A stretch of 64,000 bases of DNA, taken from the NCBI GenBank assembly GCA_038087875.1, contig CM075992.1:808001-872000 (forward strand), given 5' to 3'. Below the pieces are notes generated by a model. It worked only from the letters and a program-made list of their open reading frames with translations, made no database searches and was not told the origin of the DNA. The DNA comes from Malacoraja senta (lineage: Eukaryota). Position numbers and translations under genes: made by a program. Shown here piece after piece: positions 12,424-25,447 of this stretch (the stretch's first letter is position 1; each line of letters opens with the position of its first letter).

Positions 12424-12853
12424 GTGAAGAGTTTCGACCCGAAAAGTCACCCATTCCTTCTCTCCAGATGCCGCCTGTCCCGCTGAGTTACTCCAGCACA
12501 CAAATTAGTACGTGTAAGAAGGAACTGCAGATGCTGGTTTAAACCGAAGATAGACACAAAAAACTGGAGTAACTGTGGGTCAGACAGTATCTGGAGAGAA
12601 GGATGGGTGACGTTTTGGTTCGAGACCCTTCTGCAGAAGGGCCTGAAGGAGGGTGTCAACCCGAAACGCCACCCATTCCTTCTATCCCGCTGAGTTACTG
12701 CAGCTTTTTGTATTTAATACGAATTAGTCTTCCCTAATTGGAATATTTAGAAACGGCTGTTGGCCCTAAAGCACGGTCGTTCGAGAAGGAGCAGCGAGCT
12801 CCCCGTGAACGATCGCCCGTGGGAACGTGGTCGTGCCAGCGGCGTGGACTCAC

Positions 12854-12899
12854 CTGGGAGACACTGCGTCATTATGGTGAAGCCGATCCAGGAGCCCAC
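12854..12899 (-). CDS. TECR: TECR exon 12 (VGSWIGFTIMTQCLP)
   Basis: 46 nt, AG/GT boundaries, near-identical to the human peptide. Confidence 0.95.
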
Positions 12900-13110
12900 C
12901 TGTGGTCACAGGGAGAGAACAACAGTTACAATCAGTGTAGAGAGGAACTGCAGATGCTGGTATATACCGAGGATAGACACCAAGTGCTGGAGTAACTCCA
13001 CGGGTCAGGCAGCATCTCTGGAGAAAAGGATGCTTGATGTTTCGTGTCAGGACCCTTCACCCATCTTTTTTCTGCAGGGATACTGACTTATTGGGTTAAT
13101 CCAGCACTTT

Positions 13111-14075
13111 AATAATAATAATAATACATTTTATTTGTGGGCGCCTATACAAATGTCTCAAGGACACCTTACAGAGTTTAACAAAGAAACAAATAATCGG
13201 GGTAAAATAAGTTATAAAGACATCACCAATACAAAAATGAAAGACAGAATTCAATCCAAAGACACAAGAAAAGAAAATCAGAAACACAATGTGAGGAGAG
13301 AGCAGCGGCAGCTAAACCGCGCCAGCGTCCACTCTCCCCTCCGACCGCCATCTTGAACAGACTAACATAGACACAACACACAAAAATCATCCCCCACAAT
13401 GGTTACCACTGTGGGGGAAGGCACAATGTCCAGTCCCCATCCCCAGTTCACCCAAAGTCAGGCCTATTGAGGCATCCGCTATTGCCTCTACAGAGGCCCG
13501 ATGTTCCTGGCCATTCTCACCGGGTGATGTTGCCCCGGCGTCGGGAGAGTCCTCTCAGCGGCAGGGCAGGGCGACCTGGAACGGCCGCATTCCTCACCGG
13601 AGGCCGCAGCTACTGAAGCCGACAAGGCCGCGCCGGTTTGGAGCTCCAAGGCTCCCGATGTTAAAGTCGGCGCCGCCCGATCCTCTCCGCAGTCCCGCAG
13701 CCCGGAGGTGTTGACCTCGGCGGTCACAGCTCACCGGAGCTCCAGCGCGGCGACCCAGGCAAGGCATCGCCCGCTCCGCGACAGCGCTCCAGCGCTGTGC
13801 CGCCACCGAAGCCGAGGTGCAGGGCGGTCCCCGCCAGGAAACGGCGCTCCAGGCCCGCTGGTAGGCCACGAGGACGGGTCGATGGGGCAGCCCGGAGAAA
13901 AGCTGCCTCACCAACCAGGTAGGGACCTAGAAATGTCGTTGCCCCCTTCACCCAACATTAAAAAGTAGAGTAACTCCTATAAACAAAACGGAAACTCACT
14001 AAAAATGTTTTTAAAAAAGTGATTTAAACGGACGGCTGCTGGTTAGCAGCCGTTCCACAAGATGGCTCCTCCTCC
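13111..14075 (-). mobile_element. Non-autonomous GC-rich retroelement with an L2-like (TAT)n 3' tail
   Basis: aataataataataatacattttattt tail at the left end. Inserted within a palindromic repeat (ccagcacttt|gtggctatcttc). No credible ORF. Confidence 0.5.
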
Positions 14076-14434
14076 TTTGTGGCTATCTTCAGTTACAATC
14101 AGAATCGCTGTCAACATGCACCCCCGAGGGCAGGTGTAAGGATGGGTTTTACCAACAGGAGAATGACAAGATAAGGGACTGGCCATTTATAACTGAGGTA
14201 ATTCTCTCTCACTTTGTGTTCAGCTCATGATTCCCACACCTGCAGACTCTTGTGTGCCCATTTACCTAATCCCATTTTGCAAGTTACAATTTTTTCCACC
14301 CGCCCTCTCTGCTGATGAATTTCAGACAATAATAACTTGTTGGGTGAAACATGTCTCGCTACTTTTGTCCAACTGGTCCAGACCCAGCCCCGAGTGCCCA
14401 GCAGCGTTGATTCAGTGCCCATCCACAGACTTAC

Positions 14435-14523
14435 CTCATACGTGTAGTTCGGGCAAGACACCACGAGGAACAGCCAGGTGAAAGGGTTCTTGGTGGGGAA
14501 GGGAATCCTGCGAGTCTTAGACC
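14435..14523 (-). CDS. TECR: TECR exon 11 ([30 protein letters not shown])
   Basis: 89 nt, AG/GT; steroid 5-alpha-reductase-family SCPNY motif. Confidence 0.97.
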
Positions 14524-15202
14524 CTGGAAGGGGGGGGAAGAGAGAGGAGATGTGATGTCCCCTGGAAAACAAGGACATGCTCACCACCCCAGGGACGCTC
14601 CATCATTTTGCTGCTTCAACTACACGAGGTATCAGCACCATGGCACGAGGCTTGGTCTTGCCTTTAATCACCATCCTGTCTAGCTTCTCATTTACTGACC
14701 ACCAGGGGACTGGAACCACAGTTCCCCCATTGTTGAACCAACTGGATTCTCCCCGTCACCCAGAACAAGAACGGCCAACTCTGAATCAGTCCAGTCGAAC
14801 CTACAGCTACGACAACGCTCGCTGCGGGAGAGAGAGGCTTACATGCAGGGAAGTGGCCATGGATCTGATGTATCAGGTCATAGCCATACAGCGCGGAAAC
14901 AGGCCCTTCGGACCAACTAGCCATGCCGACCAAGATGTCCTATCTGCACAAGTCCCGCCTGTCTGCGTTTGGCCCACATCCTTCCAAACCTTTCCTCAAC
15001 ATGTATATTTCCAAATGTCTTTTGAATGTTGTGATAGTACCTGCCTCAACTATCAACTAGTTTTCGCAGTCTGAAGAAGGGTTTCGGCCCGAAACGTTGC
15101 CTATTTCCTTCGCTCCATAGATGCTGCTGCACCCGCTGAGTTTCTCCAGCATTTTTGTGTACCCTCAACTATCAACTATCTCCTCTGATAACTTGTTCCA
15201 TA

Positions 15203-15211
15203 TTGTGTGTA

Positions 15212-15277
<66 letters not shown>
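15203..15277. repeat. Compound (TG)n/(TA)n microsatellite
   Basis: Directly visible in the sequence. Confidence 0.9.
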
Positions 15278-15759
15278 TCTGTGAAAAAGTTCAGGAGTGA
15301 TAGGAGCAGAATTAGGCCATTCGGCCCATCAAGTCTACTCGGCCATTCAATCATGGCTGATCTATCTCTCCCTCCTAACCCCATTCTCCTGTCATCTCCC
15401 CATAACCTCTGACACCCGTACACAACAGTAAGCGTGGTCCCTTCTGACTGAAGGCAGTGCAAGTCTGCAAGTAGCACGATAGCTGGGATTGTCAGTCACA
15501 GCAGGGCAGCCAGAAGCTCCCACAAGCTAAGACAAGCAAAGCAACCCGTGACCGTGCCAATCTGGGCATGCATTACCCAGTGCATTCAGTTCTGAGAATG
15601 GGGGAGAAATGTAGCATATTACATCAAATGATGCCGATATACAACAAGTGATATGTTCTTTTGGAAGTATTCCCTATTTTAAGGGAGGTGTAAAACGGAT
15701 GGATCATATTCCTACAGGAAGCGACCCCACCCCGCACATTATGGGCAGCAGCTGTAACT

Positions 15760-16062
15760 GGCGGCACAGCGGTAGAGTTGCTGCCTTACAGCGCCAGGGA
15801 CCTGGGTTCAATCCTGACTACTGGACTGTCTGTACAGAGTTTGTACGTTCTCCCCGTGACCTGCGTGGGTTTTCTCCGGGTGCTCCGGTTTCCTCCCACA
15901 CTCCAAAGCCGTACAGGATTGTAGGTTAATTGGCTTTGGAAAAATAGTAAATTGTCCTTAGTGTGGGTAGGATGGTGTTAGTGTGCGGGGATCACTGGTT
16001 GGTGTGGACTCGGTGGGCTGAAGGGTCTGTTGCCGTGCTGTATCTCTAAACTAAACTAAACT
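15760..16062 (+). mobile_element. HE1-type SINE
   Basis: ggcggcacagcggtagagttgctgcc head and ctaaactaaactaaa tail. Confidence 0.8.
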
Positions 16063-16415
16063 GTTGTGGAAGGTGCCTGGTCCCTCAGGAGTCACTGCGA
16101 GGCTGGAGTGGTACCTGTTACTAACAGGCTGTCAGCAAGCCACCTGTTCGAAGTCCATACTCGGCCTGTTTGGATAAGTTAAATGCTCCAGAATCCTTGG
16201 CATCAGACTCTGAAACACTAGAGCAGGCCAGGGATTAATTATGTACAAATTATCTTTACTTGGAGCAGCAGCTGAAGTTACAAAAAGGCCAGGGGTTAAA
16301 GTTCACCGTACTTTCCACACAGGAGCCTTGGACTCGTGTATCACTGATGTGTGGTGTTTGTCACCAGCCTTCTGGCCCCTTCTCATCACCTCCTCACCCC
16401 CAGAGGAAGGGGACG

Positions 16416-16740
16416 TTTAGTTTACAGATACATCATGGGGACAGAACATTCGGCCCACTGAGCCCCTACCGCCAATCGAGCACCCACCCGTTCATGCTAG
16501 TGCTATGCTATCCCACTATCTCATCCACTCCTGACACACAAGGGACAATTTACAATTTTACCGAAGCCAATTAACCTACAAATCCATACATCTTTGGAGT
16601 GTGGGACGAAACTGGAGCACCCGGAGAAAACCCACGGGGAGAAGGTACAAACTCCACACAGACAGCACCCATGGTCAGGATGGAACCTGGGTCTCTGGTG
16701 CTGTAAGGCAGCTACTCTACCGCTGCACCACCGTGCTGCC
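16416..16740 (-). mobile_element. HE1-type SINE
   Basis: Reverse-complement copy of the SINE. Confidence 0.7.
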
Positions 16741-18294
16741 CCGCCAATGTGCATGCTGGACTATAATCAGTGTCCAGAAACTTTCTCTAGACTGCCAACT
16801 GTAACATGAGGAAAGTTGGGTCTGGAGGATGCGTGCACTTGCTCATCAGTCACTGCATGCAGTAAAGACAGACAGGTCGTCAGCTGACCCTCTAAAGTAC
16901 ATACAGCTTACCTCCTCTCAACACCTTTTACATGTCCCATAGTTTTGGTCCTCGAATTAACTACTTGCATCATCCACATATCCTGTATCTTGATCACACT
17001 TTATAAAACAGGATGTCAATTGTGCCTCCATCAATTTAACCCACAGGGGTTAACCTTACTGCTCCATTTTCAGTTCCACGTTACTCTAACTGTAAATAAA
17101 TCCATCAGTTTGACCTAGTCCTGGGATCTGAAGGGCACCTTGATCACCGCAAGTTTAGACAATAGACAATAGGTGCAGGAGTTGGCCATTCGGCCCTTCG
17201 AGCCAGCACCGCAAGTTTAGAGTTTGGAGATTAAAGTTTAGAGATACCGCTTTGGAAACAGGCCCTTCGAGTCCACGCCGACCATCGATCAGACATACAG
17301 TCGTTCTATGTTATCCCAATTTCACATCCATTCCCTCAACACCACTGACAATTTACAATTTACAGAAGCCAATTAACCTACAGACCTGCACGCCTTAGGG
17401 ATGTGGGAGGAAACCAGAGCTCCTGGAGAGAACCCACATAGACACAACACCCACGTTCAGAACTGAACCCGGGTGTCTGGTGCAGAGCCAAAAATCTCTG
17501 GTGCAGAGCCAAAAATCCACACAACTATGCTGCCAGGCGTAGATTTGACAGCATTATTTCAAAGATACGAGCACATATATTAGGCTTTTGTACTAACTAA
17601 AGAAGCACATTATTCCAAAAACGCATAAATCTAACACGTGTGAAAGGTGCCTGTATATTCTGTATACAAAGTACACAGTATTGTATACTACCCACACAGG
17701 ACTAAGTGGATTTGTGAGGGGGAAGGTCAAGGAACAGAATCGTTTCCAACAACATGCTTCTGCTTGCACTACTATGGTTACCTAATACAACTGATATTTT
17801 ATTGTACTATTGATTATTGTAACATTATTTGTTGTGTTGTTGCAATATTGTGCCTCCAATTGTCACATGACAATTAAACACATTTGGCTCCTCTCTTTTT
17901 CTCTATCTTAAAATCTCTTCCTGCTCTAATAAACGATCGAGCTGAAACCCCCTTGGATCTTGCAAGACCGAATGAGTGTTTGGAATTAATCTGTGTTTTC
18001 ATTTCAGATTTTCCATATCCACTTTTGTAACTTTTATCTGCAGAGTTAATAACACCTTTTTTATTTCCATTCTTTGAGCCACGGTCCATAAGACCTTAAG
18101 ACATAGAAGCAAAATTAGGCCATTCGGCCCATTGTCTGCTCCACCATTTAATCACGGTTGATCTATTTTGCGCTTTCAGTCCCATTCTCCCCCTAACCTT
18201 TGATGCCCTTACTAACCAGGAATTTGAATTCATTTCTCAAAATGCCATGGTGCGATGATATAAACAGTGACGTGGGTTACCAGGACATCCTCAC

Positions 18295-18352
18295 CTGCTG
18301 GCCGAAGATTCCTCAGCGCCACATGGATTGAGAAGTTTCCGATTTGACACAA
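18295..18352 (-). CDS. TECR: TECR exon 10 (LCQIGNFSIHVALRNLRPA)
   Basis: 58 nt, AG/GT; matches human ICQLGNFSIHMALRDLRPA. Confidence 0.95.
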
Positions 18353-18649
18353 CTGTAAAAACGAAGAGAGACATTCTGTTAGAAAATGTTATGTGAAGGT
18401 TGTCGATAGGGCAGGTACAGCAGTTTATTGGGCATTGGGGGCAGTCTGGGCCCCACCATCCCTGGATCAATATCACAGCTGGATGAGGGGCACGACTCAC
18501 AGCACAAGAGAAGTCAACAACCAACATGCCTGAACCACCAACCACCACCTCGAACGGCCGAATGGCCTACTCCTGCACCTATTGTCTATTAACATCCGCC
18601 AGAAGAAGAAACTGGGTGTCCAGGGTAAGAATTTCATTGGTCAATATAA

Positions 18650-18992
18650 GGTGGATATGGAGAGGATGCCTCTACTAGTGGGAGAGTCTAGGACCAAAGG
18701 CCGCAATCTCAGAATTAAAGGACATTCCTTTAGGAAGGAGATGTTGGAATTTCTTTAGTCAGAGGGTGGTGAATCTGTGGAATTCTTTGCCACAGAAGGC
18801 TGTGGAGGCCAAGTCAGTGGATATTTTTAAGACAGAGATAGATAGATTCTTGATTAGTACGGGTGTCAGAGGTTATGGGGAGAAGGCAGGAGAATGGGGT
18901 TAGGAGGGAGATAGATCATCCATGATTGAATGGCAGAGTAGACCCGATGGGCCGAATGGCCTAATTCTGCTCCTATCACTTCTGAACTTATG
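18650..18992 (+). mobile_element. CR1 LINE 3' fragment
   Basis: Same family as 43280-43635 and 61320-61655. Confidence 0.75.
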
Positions 18993-19222
18993 AATCTTGG
19001 TCGGGATGGGCAAGTTCGGCCGTAGGGCCTGTTTCTGAGCTGCATGACTAATAATATTTCATTGTAAATAAAACTATTTTAATATAATTTTTACAATTTA
19101 AAATTACAATGCACATAATTGCCCAATTTTTGTTAATATATTTTGTTTTAAACCAACATGACTCCATAGCAACTACTTAATAAATGTCAAATTGTAATTT
19201 CCATATATTGGAGGAAACTCAC

Positions 19223-19266
19223 CAGAAATATGGCAAATGCTATTTTCACTTGTTTATCTCCGTAGG
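19223..19266 (-). CDS. TECR: TECR exon 9 (AYGDKQVKIAFAIFL)
   Basis: 44 nt, AG/GT; phases match the neighbouring exons. Confidence 0.93.
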
Positions 19267-19380
19267 CTGAAATAAAATAAGAAATTCATCAGATTATGCA
19301 GAAGACAAGACCAATTGTCTATCCACAGCCCACCACCGTTCTGCCTTTTGACAACCAAGTTATCTAAATGTAGTTGTGCA

Positions 19381-19890
19381 GGAAGGAACTGCAGATGCTG
19401 GTTTAAACCGAAGACAGACACAAAAAGCTGGAGTAACTCAGCGGGACGGGCCCTAGGGCATTTCAGGAGAGAAGGAATGGGTGACGTTTTGGGTTGAGAC
19501 GTCACCTATCCATGTTCTCCACAGATGCTGCCTGACCCGCTGAGTTACTCCAGCACTCTGTGGAACGTCACCTATCCATGTTCTCCACAGATGCTGCCTG
19601 ACCCGCTGAGTTACTCCAGCACTCTGTGGAACGTCACCTATCCATGTTCCGGCAGCATCTATGGAGCGAAGGAAATAGGCAACGTTTCGGCCCGAAACCC
19701 TTCCGGGTTTCGGCCCGAAACGTTGCCTATTTCCATCAGGGTTTCAGCCCGAAAGGTTGCCCATTTCCTTCGTTCCACAGATGCTGCCTGACCCGCTGAG
19801 TTACTCCAGCACTCTGTGAAACGTCACCTATCCATGTTCTCCACAGATGCTGCCTGACCTGCTGAGTTACTCCAGCACTCTGTGTCCTTC
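19381..19890 (+). repeat. 66-bp tandem array plus palindromic block; inverted counterpart of 5180-5760
   Basis: Reverse complement of the same composite structure. Confidence 0.8.
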
Positions 19891-20112
19891 ACCCAAGTGT
19901 TCATTGTTTGAGGGAGCCCAGCCAGTAAATGACAGACCGGCCCGAGACGGCTCTCACCTCACTTTCTCACCCCCCCCCCCCCAACACAGTTATGAGTAGA
20001 GGATTCAAGGAAAGGAACAATTGTGATGTGGCTGTGAGATAGAGAACCGCGATTCATGGTCTCCAGTACTCGGTCTGCCTGTTTTATTTTTGTGTATTGC
20101 CTCCTGTGAAGG

Positions 20113-20401
20113 GGTGGAACAGCGGTAGAGTTGCTGCCTCACAGCGCCAGGGACCCGGGTTCCATCCTGACTACGGGTGCTGTCTGTACGGAGTTTGTAC
20201 GTTCTCCCCGTGGGTTTTCTCCGAGATCTTCGGTTTCCTCCCACACTCCAAAGACGTGCAGGTTTGTAGGTTCATTGGCTTGATGTCAATGTAAAATATT
20301 GTCCCTAGTGTGTGTGTGTTAATGTGCGGGGGATCGGTGGTCGGTGCGGACTTGCCGGGTCGAAGGGCCTGTTTCCGCGCTGCATCACTAAACTAAACTA
20401 A
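20113..20401 (+). mobile_element. HE1-type SINE
   Basis: Consensus head and tail. Confidence 0.75.
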
Positions 20402-20485
20402 TTTGAGAAAGGAACAATAATCGTGTGGATGCGAGATAGAGCACCTGGTTCATGGTCTGCTAGTGTAGCACGTGGTGAGACTTAC

Positions 20486-20558
20486 CGGGCGGTGTGTAGA
20501 GAGGGTGGTTGATGTGATATGCCAGCCAGGCAGCAAACCCCCAGTAGTAGGTACAATT
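20486..20558 (-). CDS. TECR: TECR exon 8 ([24 protein letters not shown])
   Basis: 73 nt, AG/GT; near-identical to human. Confidence 0.97.
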
Positions 20559-21737
20559 CTAAAGGCGGAGGAAACAAAGGGTAAGGCAGAACTCGCAGAC
20601 AGAATGCGGGATTAAAGGTAACACACAAAGGGCGAATACTTTAAATCAAGCCGGCCACGTACACATTAATATGGAGACACAAGGAACTGCAGATGTTGGA
20701 ATCTTGAGCAAAGCATGGAATACTGTAGTATCTCAGTGGGTCTGCATGGACTCAGTGGGCCGAAGGGCCTGTTTACCTCCTGTATCTCTACAGTAGCTAA
20801 AACTAAACTATAAATGGGCATGAGTCAATACAGGGGAGGTAGAAAAGAAACAAGACAACTACAGGGTGATTCAGCTTATAATTACTGTGCTTTTTTTAGA
20901 AGATTTGTGTATGAGCACTTTGGGACAAGGTCTGCCATAGATGAACAGCTGTCCAAAGAGATACAGGCAAACTCTTAAATTGGGTTGAGCACTGGAGGGC
21001 ATATACCTGCATGAGCCTGATTGGAACATATTTAAAACCATTGGTGCTGCCGAACCTTGCAATTATTGAGAAAAAACACACACAACCAGCTCCCCTGTAA
21101 TTTGTTTTAAAACCGAACTGCCTGAGGAACAGTTGACTGATGGCGTCAATGCAAATGGCTGCATCACAGCACATATTTTGCAGGTAACGTGATATCATCT
21201 GGAGGATGTACTAAAAGGGATCAGATCAAATTCAGTACACATCAACAGATTTGAGCCAGACGCAATAAACTGCAGGCGCTGGGATCTTGAACAAACCGCA
21301 AAAGTGCTGCAGGAACTCAGAGGCTCAGGCAGCATCTGTGGGGGAAACAGGCAGACGATACTTCAGGTTGGGACCCTTCTTCAGACTGGAAGAGTCTTGA
21401 TCTTCCACTTCCAGTGAAATGCAGGGCACATCTATTTTGTGGAGGGAACCCTGAGGCAGAGTGTTGCATCAACATCACCGCCTGGACCAAAGTGCAGTCA
21501 GTGTGGTTGCAAGCAATGTTCACGCGAGCTCACAAAGGTTAATTTGTAAAAAATAATACCACAGGAAGTGCAAGATTAAATCTGGCGAAAGGTGATCCAT
21601 CTGAAATGTCCACTGTCTTCCTCTCCCCATAGCAGCGCTCGAGAGCACATCCAGTCCTTACTTTAGTTTGAACAATAAGGATTGGTTATAAACAAAGTTC
21701 ATATTCCCCTCAGCTCAGCAGATGGGTACCAATCTAA

Positions 21738-22045
21738 GGCGGCACAACGGCACAGCGATAGAGTTACTGCCTTACAGCGCCAGAAACCCGGGTTTGACCC
21801 TGACTATGGGTGCTGTCTACGGAGTTTGTACGTTCTCCCTGTGACCATGTGGGTTATCTGAGTTCTCCACTTTCATCCCACATTCCAAAGACGTACAGCT
21901 TTGTAGGTTAATTGGCTCCGGTAAAATTGTAAATTGTCCCTAGTGTGTGGGATAATGTCAGTGTATGGGGCAACTGCTGGTAGGCGCGGACTCGGTGGGC
22001 CAAAGGGCCTGTTTTCTCACTGTATCTCTGAAGTCTAAAAGTCTA
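21738..22045 (+). mobile_element. HE1-type SINE
   Basis: Consensus head and tail. Confidence 0.75.
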
Positions 22046-22120
22046 ATTTCATGTCCCCTGGCCAGGCAGGTAAAAAGCTCTATACAGAAGAAAACACCCC
22101 ATAACACAGGGCACTTTTAC

Positions 22121-22226
22121 CTTAAAGATGTTTCGAAGCGGCATTGTACCGTGGGAAAAGCGGTGGACAAACAATGTCTCTAGCAGCCTCTTGATATAGT
22201 GGAAGGAGTGGCAAGCAGCAGCCAGG
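22121..22226 (-). CDS. TECR: TECR exon 7 ([35 protein letters not shown])
   Basis: 106 nt, AG/GT; near-identical to human. Confidence 0.97.
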
Positions 22227-22449
22227 CTGTGGAAGGAAAGCAAGACAAGGGTTTAACTCAATGGATGCCCACCATATAACATTGCAAACCATCAGAGCAT
22301 TACTCAGCAACATTGGTACGCAGCTGTGGTCACTCATTGTAACAAAAACATGCATCAGGTGAGGGTCACTCATTGTAACAAAAACATCCATCACAGAACA
22401 GTCACTGTAACTCACATACAATCCCCTGAGCTCCTCAGTCACAGAGTCT

Positions 22450-22796
22450 TACAGCATGGAAACAGGCTTTCGGCCCAACATGCCCACACCAGCCAACATC
22501 TCCCATCTACACCAATTCCACCTTCCTGCTTTTGGCCCATATCCCTCCAAACCTGTCCTATCCATGTACCTGACTAAATGTTTGTTAAACGTTACGATAG
22601 TACCGGCCTCAACTACCTCCTCCGGCAGCTCATTCCATATACCTACCACCCTTTGCATGAAAAAGTTACCCCTCAGGTTCCTATTAAATCTTTCCCCCCC
22701 CCACGCCTTAAACCTATGTCTAGTTCTTGATTCCCCAATTCTGGGCAAGAGACTCTTTGCGTCTACCAGATCTACTCCTCTCAAGATTTTGTACAC
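22450..22796 (-). mobile_element. CR1-like LINE 3' fragment
   Basis: Encodes YKILRG...FFMQRVVGIWNELPEEVVEAG, typical of the CR1 RT C-terminus. Confidence 0.75.
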
Positions 22797-23198
22797 AAGT
22801 AATAGCCCAAAAGAACTAGAAATCCAATGAATCCTTTACCAGTTCACAAAGAAACCTATCAATGTTTTGGTATATTTGTCACGTTCTAAGTTCCGCAAAC
22901 CCCTCCTTCTTTTTAGTACCTTTTCCTTCCCTTTTTAACTCCCTCCAAATATGGAGACATTTCTTGTGGCCATTAGATCTCTACTGCCTGGTAATAATGA
23001 AGAACAGTCATGACCAAAAAATGTCACCCATCCATGTTCTCCAGAGGAGATGCCTAACCCGCTGAGTTACTTCAGCACGCTATGTTCACGAAGGTAGTGA
23101 ACCTTCGACAACTGCTGAGTCCATGTTGGGTTTGAATTATTTAAACCTAGGTGAATGATAATGGATTGGTCCCAGTAATTTGCCAACATTTAACTTAC

Positions 23199-23314
23199 TG
23201 CACAACCGAATGTGGACTTGAGGTGAAAGCATATTTCGGACCATAAATAAAGGGCAGCCGGAAATAGAAGAGCAGGTAAATGAGCAGAGGTCCAGCGTAC
23301 TCAGTGAGAAACAC
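23199..23314 (-). CDS. TECR: TECR exon 6 ([39 protein letters not shown])
   Basis: 116 nt, AG/GT. Confidence 0.97.
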
Positions 23315-23469
23315 CTGCAGAGAAACAACAAAACACATCACATGTTGAGCTATTGTATTCTAGCACTTGCCTACACATCTCGGGGTAATGTAGAATGGCC
23401 AATTACCTCCCACCCCGCATGTTATTGGGATATGGGCGGAAAGTGAAGTACCCACGGCTAACTCAAGGG

Positions 23470-23770
23470 TTTAGTTTAGAGATACAGCACGGACACAGGC
23501 CCACCGTGTCCGCACCGACCAGTGATCCTCGCACATTAACACAAGCCTACACACATTAGGGACAGTTTACACTTATACCTAGTATACAAACCCAAGCCAG
23601 TTAACCTACAAACCTGTACGTATTTGGAGTGTGGGAGGAAACCAGAGCACCCGGAGAAAACCTACACATTCACAGGAAGAACGTACAAACTCTGTGCAGA
23701 CAGCACCCGTAGTCAGGATCGAACCCGGACCTCTGGCACTGTAATGCAGCAACTCTACCGCTGTGCTGCC
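23470..23770 (-). mobile_element. HE1-type SINE
   Basis: Reverse-complement copy of the SINE. Confidence 0.7.
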
Positions 23771-24028
23771 ATGGTAAAGCATTGTTTGGTGTCAGTCCTG
23801 GCACAGTGGTCTCTGAGGAGGAAAGTTGGGATTATCTTTCACCCCGGAGCAGAACACATAAGCCAGACTAGCTCCAGTCCAATACCACAATGTTGGAAGT
23901 GCCGGAATTTGAACAAGCTGTTAGACTAAAGGGTCCATCTGCACTTTCTGGTGATGAATCAGTTACTAGATTCAGTTATGCAGCACAAAACATTTGTGAC
24001 TGAAGCACGGATGTTATTAAAAACTTAC

Positions 24029-24132
24029 CGTGACCCACCCGATCTGAGCACCAAGGTCTCTGAAGTAAAGAGTAGCTGTCGTACCAACAGGGAGATTCTG
24101 CAAGATTTCTTCGTCCCTCAGTGACTTCCCTT
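24029..24132 (-). CDS. TECR: TECR exon 5 (KGKSLRDEEILQNLPVGTTATLYFRDLGAQIGWVT)
   Basis: 104 nt, AG/GT; DLGxQI motif. Confidence 0.97.
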
Positions 24133-25447
24133 CTGCAATATTGAAGAAGAGAGATAACTCCGTTTGATTGCCGCAACCAAACTGCTCCCTCTCAGTTCTC
24201 CACATAACATACTAAAGGTCAGGGAAGAGGTCATTGATCAACCTTCTCCACCTCTTCTACAAGTAGATGGCTTAAACCAGGGTGGAAATACCAAAGACTA
24301 GAGGGCATAGCTTTAAAACAGAGAAACATCGAAAATAGGTGCAGGAGGCCATTCGGCCCTTCGAGCCATTCATTGTGATCATGACTGATCGTCCCCAATC
24401 ACTAACCCGTGCCTGCCTTCTCCCCATATCCCTTGACTCCACTAGCCCCTAGAGCTCTATCTAACTCTCTCTTAAATCTATCCAGTGACTTGGCCCCCAC
24501 TGCCCTCTGTGGCAGGGAATTCCACAAATTCACAACTCTCTGGGTGATAAAGTTTCTTCTCACCCGAGTCTTAAATGGCCTCCCCTTTATTCTAAGAGTG
24601 AGAGGGGCAAAGTTTAAAGGAGACGTGCGGGGAAATTAGTTTTTCTTTACACAGAGGGTGGAGGGTGTCTGGAATGTGCGGTCAGGTGGTGGAAGCAGAT
24701 ACAATAACGGCATTTAAGGGCTTTTGGATAGGCACATGTCTGTGCGGAGAACAGAGGGAGATAGATCAGGTGCAGGCAGATAAGCTCAGTTTATCTTGGT
24801 GTCATATTCAGCAGAGACATTGTGAGGCGAAGGGCCTGTTCTATGCTTTATTGTCTATCATTGGACCTCCCCCACTGCCCTGCTGTTTTACATCAGTATT
24901 TTGTCAAACACTGCTACAAAGTTGGAGAATGGGTCAGTGGTGTGACCGGTCTGGAGGCTTCTCCTGAACCCTGGCTGACTGCGCCAGTTTCTCCCCCCAC
25001 CCCCCACAACTCATTTCACTATCTTCACAGTTTGCAAAATGCTGGAGAAACTCAGCGGGACAGGCAGCATCTCTGGAGGTAAGGAATTGGTGACGTTTCG
25101 GGTCGAGACCCTTCATCAGAATTTCTGTCCTCGGTCCCCTCCATTGCAACTGTGGACCTTTTGGGCTCACACCCGCTTTCTATAACAAACCTCTGTCCAA
25201 CAATCTGCCTGTCAGGGAACCTCACCGCCCGAGGTCATCCGTTGATGGCTGTGTTTTTTCTCTCCCACTCCCACTGTAATCAATCTGAAGAAATGTCACC
25301 TATCTATTTTCTCCAGTGATGTTGCCTGACACGTTGAGTTATTTCAGCACTCTAGGTCTATCTCTGGACAATGAGTTCTTTGCCCTGCCCATTTCCTATA
25401 GCTTGTGTTTTGATTCAATTAGCCCCTGGGGATTGTCGGAGAAATAG

